64,000 nucleotides of DNA. It comes from a virus. Below, piece after piece: positions 58,681 to 64,000 of this stretch (the stretch's first letter is position 1; each line of letters begins with the position of its first letter). The notes under the pieces are model-generated. The model saw only the letters and a program-made list of their open reading frames with translations. It did not search any database and was not told the DNA's origin. The position numbers were made by a program, and so were the translations under genes. The stretch lies in the IMG/VR virus record IMGVR_UViG_3300020596_000020, positions 17,645 through 81,644 of that record; one strand, given 5' to 3'.

Positions 58681-58801
58681 TCGTGCGATGGGCAGGGATC
58701 GAACCCGCAACCGACCGGTTAAAAACCGGCTGCTCTTTCCTCACGCTCAGTATCGAGAACTAGTACTCTCGACCTCACGTCAAACTACGAGCTTCCACCG
58801 C
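58681..58801 (-). tRNA. tRNA-Lys(UUU)-like RNA with a 53-nt D-loop (insertion or intron)
   Basis: GCGGTGG/CCATCGC acceptor, GCTC/GAGC D stem, GCCGG-TTTTTAA-CCGGT anticodon arm, GCGGG-TTCGATC-CCTGC T arm; no encoded CCA. Confidence 0.75.
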
Positions 58802-58830
58802 AAACGAAAACGGCTCCGTTGAGGAGCCGT
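58802..58830 (-). terminator. intrinsic terminator after the ssb gene
   Basis: ACGGCTCC-TCAAC-GGAGCCGT followed by TTTCGTTT on the minus strand. Confidence 0.8.
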
Positions 58831-58851
58831 CTTCCAGTGTCGCTGTCGCTC

Positions 58852-59775
58852 TCAGGTCTCGAGGTCGTCGAGCGCGCTGTCCATGTCGTCAGCGACGTCG
58901 GCGAGCAAGGTCTTCTTTGCCGCCGGCTTGACCGGAGGAGTCTTGCGTTCCACAGGCTTCTCAGCCTCGACGACCTTCTCTTCAACAGCCGGCTTCTCAG
59001 CGGCTGCCTTGGGAGCTCCGCCACGAGCGAGACCGTCGCTGCCAGTCTTGTGGTCACCAGCGTCGAGCCACTCCTGCAGCTTCTTGGCCGTGTCCTCGGT
59101 GGAGGTGACCGGGTAGTAGTCGTCAATGACAGGCATCGTCTCGAGCCAGGTCTTGACAATCGCGGGGTCCTTGTGAGCCGGGCTGTTCGTTCGCTTCGCC
59201 GAGATCTTCGCCTCAAGCAGCGGCTTACCGGTGTTCTGGTTCATCTTCTTGCCGGCGCTCACGACAAGCTCGAGGTCGCAGCCTTCAGTGAGGTCGGTGT
59301 AGTCGCCGGCGTCCGTCATGAACAGCGCGATGAGCTGCTGCACGTCGGTGTAGTTCGGGGACCACATGTGAACGCCGTCGCCCTCCTTCGAGCGGTCGAC
59401 GACAGCGACGCTGTTCGCCGTCTTCGAGGACAGCAGCTTGGCCATCTTCTTGAGCTCGTCAGCCTGCGCCGGCGTCTCTGCGTTCTTCGCCTGGTTGTAC
59501 AGGTCGATGCGGAAGTTCTTGATCGGATCCTCGCCGCCGTTGTTTTCCGGCGAGACGATCATGCCTTTGCCGTCGCCTTGGATGCCGTAGTACACGATGC
59601 GCTCAGGGAACGGCATGCCGGGGTCCGCGTCCGCGAAGGGGAGCACGCGGATCGTGAACGTGCCCGGGCCCTCGTACTTCCAGCGCTTCCACTTGGAGCC
59701 GCCGCCGGAGCGGCCGCCTCCCGCGTTAATCTGCTCGAGTCGCTTACGAATCGCGTTGATGTCTACCTTAGCCAT
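58852..59775 (-). CDS. single-stranded DNA-binding protein (T4 gp32-like)
   Basis: IRVLP, DP, VVDR, GDYTDLTEGCDL, acidic C-terminal tail; lies next to recA. Confidence 0.8.
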   Translation of the reverse strand: MAKVDINAIRKRLEQINAGGGRSGGGSKWKRWKYEGPGTFTIRVLPFADADPGMPFPERIVYYGIQGDGKGMIVSPENNGGEDPIKNFRIDLYNQAKNAETPAQADELKKMAKLLSSKTANSVAVVDRSKEGDGVHMWSPNYTDVQQLIALFMTDAGDYTDLTEGCDLELVVSAGKKMNQNTGKPLLEAKISAKRTNSPAHKDPAIVKTWLETMPVIDDYYPVTSTEDTAKKLQEWLDAGDHKTGSDGLARGGAPKAAAEKPAVEEKVVEAEKPVERKTPPVKPAAKKTLLADVADDMDSALDDLET

Positions 59776-59882
59776 GTGAGTTTTTGGTCGTTTTCTGGAT
59801 GTTTAGAGGGTGTTGAGAGGGCCTGCGATCATCCGTCACAGGTACCACTAAATATAGTCTGTTCAAGTGCTTAGCGCGAGTT

Positions 59883-60476
59883 TCAGAGGTGCTTTTCTGC
59901 TTCTGAGGCCAAGCGATCGGCCTGGTGAACGAGCAGGGCCAAGACTGGTTCTTTCATGCAGTACGGCTTGTTTTCAGTCAAGATCGGGCCGTCATTCAGG
60001 AGGATGGCTGTCCACTCGCCCCAGGTAGTCTTGATATCGAAGTGCTGGATGAGAAACAGGCCTGAGTGGGCGACCGTTGAGTAGTCCATCTTATGATTCA
60101 TCTCGTACAAGTTGCCCTTATTACGGTAGTAATCATTGGTTTGAGCGATGTAGCGATCGTGCTCGAGGTTGCCGACCTTGCCGAGGTCGTGCAGCAACGC
60201 AGCGAACACGATAGACTCCTCTGGGATGTTCTTATAGAGGTCCGGCATTACTTTCATGAGACGAGTGCACATCTTGAGCACACGCAATGAGTGGTCAACC
60301 AGGCCACCGACGAAGCAGTTATGATACTCCGTTCGCGAGGAGGCCGGCGTCATCACGAGACGGTCGCCGAAGTAATCAAGCAACACTTGAATCTGCTCGG
60401 TTCGGTGCTCACCGGTTTGGAGGAGGAGCCCACAGAACTTCTCCCAGTTCGCCACAATTTGTTCTTCGCTCAACAT
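59883..60476 (-). CDS. HD-domain phosphohydrolase
   Basis: YHNCFVGGLVDHSLRV, LLHDLGK, LVHQAD. Confidence 0.88.
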   Translation of the reverse strand: MLSEEQIVANWEKFCGLLLQTGEHRTEQIQVLLDYFGDRLVMTPASSRTEYHNCFVGGLVDHSLRVLKMCTRLMKVMPDLYKNIPEESIVFAALLHDLGKVGNLEHDRYIAQTNDYYRNKGNLYEMNHKMDYSTVAHSGLFLIQHFDIKTTWGEWTAILLNDGPILTENKPYCMKEPVLALLVHQADRLASEAEKHL

Positions 60477-60480
60477 CGAC

Positions 60481-61629
60481 TCAAAGTATAGGTCTCCCAG
60501 TCGTCGTCGAAGCCTTGATAGGGAACGGAAGTTTGAAATTCGGCACGTTCACACCCAAAGCGGCCAGGCGAGCAGCGTTCTTAAGATGCTTCACCGGCAC
60601 GCTCGCGAACAAGGCGTCGTGCAGCAAGAAGTGGGGCTTCACGTCGAAGATTTCGAGGGCGCGCGTGAGCTGTTGGAAACCGAGCAGTGTGACGTCGCAG
60701 CCGGTCGATTGCACGTAGTTGCTGTAGAGGGTCGCCTCAGTCACGTCCTGGATCACGCGACCGTAGAAGTTACGCACAGGCATGCCCGCGTCCATCGAGC
60801 GCTTAAGTCTCGTGAACTGCTCGCCCAGTTTGAAGATGCGACGCACAGTCGAGACGCGAGGGTCACGCTGATTCGCGTCGGTCGGGTCAGAGTACAAGGC
60901 GACGAAGGTCGCTCTCTTGGCCTCATCGCGGTCCGCGATGCTCATAAGCTTAGCGATCTCCACGTACGGGTCGACGTTCACGGACACTTCTTGCCGAGCG
61001 AGCGTCAGGGCGACGCGCGCTTCGAGCGAGGTGAAGTCGAACTGCACCATCAGATGGTCGGGGTCCACGCCCACGAAGAAGGCGCGCGTGGTCTGACGGA
61101 CGGTGAGCACCCTCGCGCCTTCCGTGACGGTCAGACGACCCGTCCTCGTGCCAAAGCGATTGTACGTCGGCGGCTCCACCCACCCATTGGACCCGTGACA
61201 CGAGACGGCCATCGGATCGTCGCTATCAATCACACCCGGGTCGACTCTCCAGGGCGTCAACTTCGCGAAGAGTGATGTGCAAGGTACGAAGACGTCACGG
61301 TGATAGCTTCGGTCGCACGCGTCGACAAGACTCTGAGCCTCTTTCAACTTATCGAGCGCCCACCAGAGACGTCTAGATGGATGAATGAGCGCCCATGGGT
61401 TGTGTTTGCCTAGCAATTCCGACACTTTGTCGAACTTCTGTGGCACGGCCGTGTCGAAAGCTTTTCCTTCGAGCTCGAAGAGCGTCAGAATACACCCAGG
61501 ATCGGTGTGATCCGTCACGAGGCCAACCCAATCGCAGCCGATCAGACGCTCGAGCGTCAAAGTTGGCCTCCCCGCGTCGGTAAAGACGTGTTTCTCTAGA
61601 TCACAGAACTTCCGGTCGATCCCGATCAT
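60481..61629 (-). CDS. miniature family-A DNA polymerase-like protein
   Basis: TRTGRL, motif A FDFTSLEAR, motif B RDEAKRATFVALY, NYVQSTG, motif C LHDA. Confidence 0.8.
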   Translation of the reverse strand: MIGIDRKFCDLEKHVFTDAGRPTLTLERLIGCDWVGLVTDHTDPGCILTLFELEGKAFDTAVPQKFDKVSELLGKHNPWALIHPSRRLWWALDKLKEAQSLVDACDRSYHRDVFVPCTSLFAKLTPWRVDPGVIDSDDPMAVSCHGSNGWVEPPTYNRFGTRTGRLTVTEGARVLTVRQTTRAFFVGVDPDHLMVQFDFTSLEARVALTLARQEVSVNVDPYVEIAKLMSIADRDEAKRATFVALYSDPTDANQRDPRVSTVRRIFKLGEQFTRLKRSMDAGMPVRNFYGRVIQDVTEATLYSNYVQSTGCDVTLLGFQQLTRALEIFDVKPHFLLHDALFASVPVKHLKNAARLAALGVNVPNFKLPFPIKASTTTGRPIL

Positions 61630-61664
61630 ACGTCGTGAGGCTAATACACTTCATGAACTCGTGA

Positions 61665-64000
61665 TTAATCTTTACCCGTGGTTTTGTACGGATTTTTCGT
61701 CTTATTAATGAGAATTTCGAGAGTGTTCTTGAGAGTCCGAACCTTGTAGGCGATGGACTCGTACACGCCGTATGAGTTCATGGGTATGAGCTTGGCTGTG
61801 GACTCGAACTTGCCAGCGTTGATAACATGTGAGAGATGAGTGAGTGTATAGAGATCATCGACGGTCGTCCCTGTATTGAAGTCAACAAAGTACTGCTGCG
61901 CCGGATTGAGCAGCGGGCAGCCGAGAAGCGTGAGATCGAGTTGAGAAGGTTGCACGCGAAGTGGGATCGCGTTCGTCGAGGAGCCGTTCGGCTCCGAATT
62001 GTACGCCTGTCCCATCGAGCGCTGAATGTTCACGGTCGCGAGGTCCGAATTCTGCATGCTGGCCATCGTGGCTGCAAGAATCCCGCTCGTGTTGCCACCA
62101 TATTGAAGTACAGGTACAACTTGACTAATGAACTGTTTGAGCGCGTCTTGAGATTTAAAGCGACCTTCACCTAGATCGAGCCCGATCTTGTCGGCGAGCT
62201 CGGTTATAGCGTGGTAGCCAGGTGTATCGTCTTTTGTGAGATTTTCAAGACCCTGTTGAGCTTGAATGATCTTCAACGTAGGCTCATACGCGCTGCTTAG
62301 TTTATCATAGATGTGAATGCGGAGGATGCGTAGACCCGACTTGTCACGCTGTTGTTCGCCTTGTTGCAGAGGCCTCCCGCCGCGACACTCGACTTGCAAC
62401 TCGACGACCGGCTTACGAAATACGCCGTTGGTCGTCGCTGTCATCGCCGCGGCGGCGTCATCGGACTTGTATTTGCCGATAAACTTGGGTGTCTCATTCG
62501 GTTTGCTGGGATCACGACTCGCGTAGATTTTCCGCATACCGTAGGCAGGGTGACGAACGTCCTGTAGCACAGTGTTGTTGAGGAGCAGGATGAACTCCAT
62601 CATCGTCATATTCGCGTTGCCTTTCTTGCGAGCATATTCCGCAAGGATGTCCTTGAAGTACTGCACCTCGATTGGGAAGCCCGCGAGATTGGTGCCACCG
62701 GCGTAACCAGCCTCTGTGTTCAACGGGTAGTACAGGAACTGCACCTCGTCGATCTCGGGAATACCTTGCAGTGGAAGACCAACGTAGTAGAGCATCAGCT
62801 TCGCGAGTGAAACGAACTTGCGGGGCTTCTCCGACTTGCCGGTCTTCCACGACTTGATCTCAGCCTCGTCTTCTGCTGTTGTCCCTTTTTTCCAGTAATC
62901 GTTCTCGAAATCAAAGAATGGATCTTTGGCAGCGGCAAAATTGCCGTCTTTCTGATGACCAATCATCGTCTTAAATTTGTCACCAAGCAGCGTGTCGATG
63001 TTCGGTGTCTTGTTTGTCGATTTATTGCCAGAGGAGAGCAGCGCGTTTTTTTCCTTGCCTTTTGACAAGAATTCGTCCATATTCTTGAGATATTCACTCA
63101 ACTCATCGAAGTTGACGCCGCTCTTGCCTTTGCTGGACTGCAGTTTCTTAATGAGCGAGCCGAGATCGGCCTTGTCATTGTCAGTGAAATTCTCAATGAG
63201 TTCTGCGTTGTTCGCGGCGGCGTCGATGACCTGATAGACGCGAACGTCTTCTTTCATGTGCTCAGGTTTCGTGAGACCAGGCAAGCGGGTGCGAGCTTCA
63301 CGAAAGATCTCGGAGAGTTCCTGCATTCGTCGGTTCAAATTATCAAAGTCTTTGCTGTCAACGATACGCACGACGCTGAGTTCTGAAGAGCCTTTCATTG
63401 CGAGACTAAGAACGATGCGCGCGCCGGCTCCTTGGCCGAAACTGAAGGACGAGTTGACGATGTTATACTTCTCGTCATGCACAACCATCTGATTGATCAG
63501 GTCCGCAATCGGGTTGTTTGTGCTGCGATCAGGGTGCGACCAACCGTATGTGAGTGACAACGTCGAGCGACTATATGCGTCAGGCTTGATGAGAGCGGCG
63601 ATCTCGTGCAGTCGAGATCGATCGTGGACAACGAGATTAAGTTTTGCAGTCTTGTAAGACATCGAACCGGCAGACCGAATCGCTGTGATCTCCAATGACT
63701 CGATCGACATGAGCGAAGCGAAGCGGTCAAGCACCGGTGTGTTGCGCGCGGCTAGCGTCGCGTCAGGCGACGTGAGCGTCTGTGGTGTGGTGAAGAGTTC
63801 CATTCCTGACGTTACGATGGATGACTTGTCCCATGTCTTCTTTTCGCTTGCCTTGTTCGTCTTTGACGACAGGTCGATGTCGTGCACACCGGCCTGTGCC
63901 ATCATCTTATCAGTTGTTCCGTACGCACCCGCCGTACCGTTGAGATAACGGAGAAGTGTAGGCGCACGTGATGAAAGATTCGCAGCGAAATCTCCCTTGT
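61665..64000 (-). CDS. large hypothetical protein (probable tail/baseplate structural protein; may start beyond window edge)
   Basis: 746+ aa ORF; LTYGWSHP, LTLLGCPLL..QQYFVDFNTGT..D.Y...HVI..GKFES beta-rich C-terminus. Confidence 0.65.
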   Translation of the reverse strand, partial: KGDFAANLSSRAPTLLRYLNGTAGAYGTTDKMMAQAGVHDIDLSSKTNKASEKKTWDKSSIVTSGMELFTTPQTLTSPDATLAARNTPVLDRFASLMSIESLEITAIRSAGSMSYKTAKLNLVVHDRSRLHEIAALIKPDAYSRSTLSLTYGWSHPDRSTNNPIADLINQMVVHDEKYNIVNSSFSFGQGAGARIVLSLAMKGSSELSVVRIVDSKDFDNLNRRMQELSEIFREARTRLPGLTKPEHMKEDVRVYQVIDAAANNAELIENFTDNDKADLGSLIKKLQSSKGKSGVNFDELSEYLKNMDEFLSKGKEKNALLSSGNKSTNKTPNIDTLLGDKFKTMIGHQKDGNFAAAKDPFFDFENDYWKKGTTAEDEAEIKSWKTGKSEKPRKFVSLAKLMLYYVGLPLQGIPEIDEVQFLYYPLNTEAGYAGGTNLAGFPIEVQYFKDILAEYARKKGNANMTMMEFILLLNNTVLQDVRHPAYGMRKIYASRDPSKPNETPKFIGKYKSDDAAAAMTATTNGVFRKPVVELQVECRGGRPLQQGEQQRDKSGLRILRIHIYDKLSSAYEPTLKIIQAQQGLENLTKDDTPGYHAITELADKIGLDLGEGRFKSQDALKQFISQVVPVLQYGGNTSGILAATMASMQNSDLATVNIQRSMGQAYNSEPNGSSTNAIPLRVQPSQLDLTLLGCPLLNPAQQYFVDFNTGTTVDDLYTLTHLSHVINAGKFESTAKLIPMNSYGVYESIAYKVRTLKNTLEILINKTKNPYKTTGKD

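Noticed and set aside
58669-58710. recA start at 58710 as given in the ORF track
   Set aside because: That extension overlaps the tRNA-like T arm and acceptor stem; the ATG at 58668 with a purine-rich leader is more plausible.
680-63948. Many long plus-strand ORFs (e.g. 680-1501, 13999-15261, 57775-58722, 58819-59874)
   Set aside because: They are antisense shadows of well-supported minus-strand genes, arising from codon bias, and contain no motifs.
1-64000. Eukaryotic giant virus or cellular chromosome origin
   Set aside because: DnaE, RecA, gp32-like SSB, bacterial-type promoters, SD sites and lipoproteins with dense small ORFs fit a large bacteriophage; no NCLDV core genes or cellular operons were seen.

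Overview
This looks like a 64 kb slice of a large (jumbo-type) tailed bacteriophage genome. It is gene-dense, almost all on the minus strand, moderately GC-rich, and has no cellular housekeeping operons. Host clues (a SWIM-finger ligase N-terminus, a GH5/esterase/TSP/CBM2 secreted enzyme, lipoproteins) suggest a soil bacterium, possibly Myxococcota; this is inference. Replication and recombination genes: DnaE, a DnaB-type helicase, RecA/UvsX, a gp32-like SSB, two 5'-3' exonucleases, a miniature family-A polymerase and a DinG-like helicase. Nucleotide metabolism: class II RNR, dUTPase, TK, dCMP deaminase, two dNMP kinases, a 5'-nucleotidase, a Nudix hydrolase and a thymidylate-synthase homologue carrying the cytosine-specific Asp. 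Also present are three nucleotide-sugar enzymes, Dam, NADAR, SOD, proteases, homing endonucleases, tRNA-Thr(UGU) and a tRNA-Lys(UUU)-like RNA with a large D-loop insertion. Best findings: (1) dnaE is fractured inside its catalytic PDIDxD motif by a split intein broken between blocks F and G, leaving a 21-aa C-intein, with a free-standing Vsr-like endonuclease between the halves. (2) A candidate dCMP (hydroxy)methylase plus a UDP-HexNAc dehydrogenase/decarboxylase/epimerase set may form a DNA-hypermodification or virion-glycosylation pathway. (3) The odd tRNA-Lys lies between a terminator and recA. (4) TAnnnT and TAnnTA boxes sit 6-7 nt before many start codons, implying leaderless expression in two promoter classes. 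(5) A dispersed protein set shares an N-terminal LRxx[VI]RxxLxE motif, a possible capsid-targeting signal. All calls come from motif reading by eye; no searches were run.
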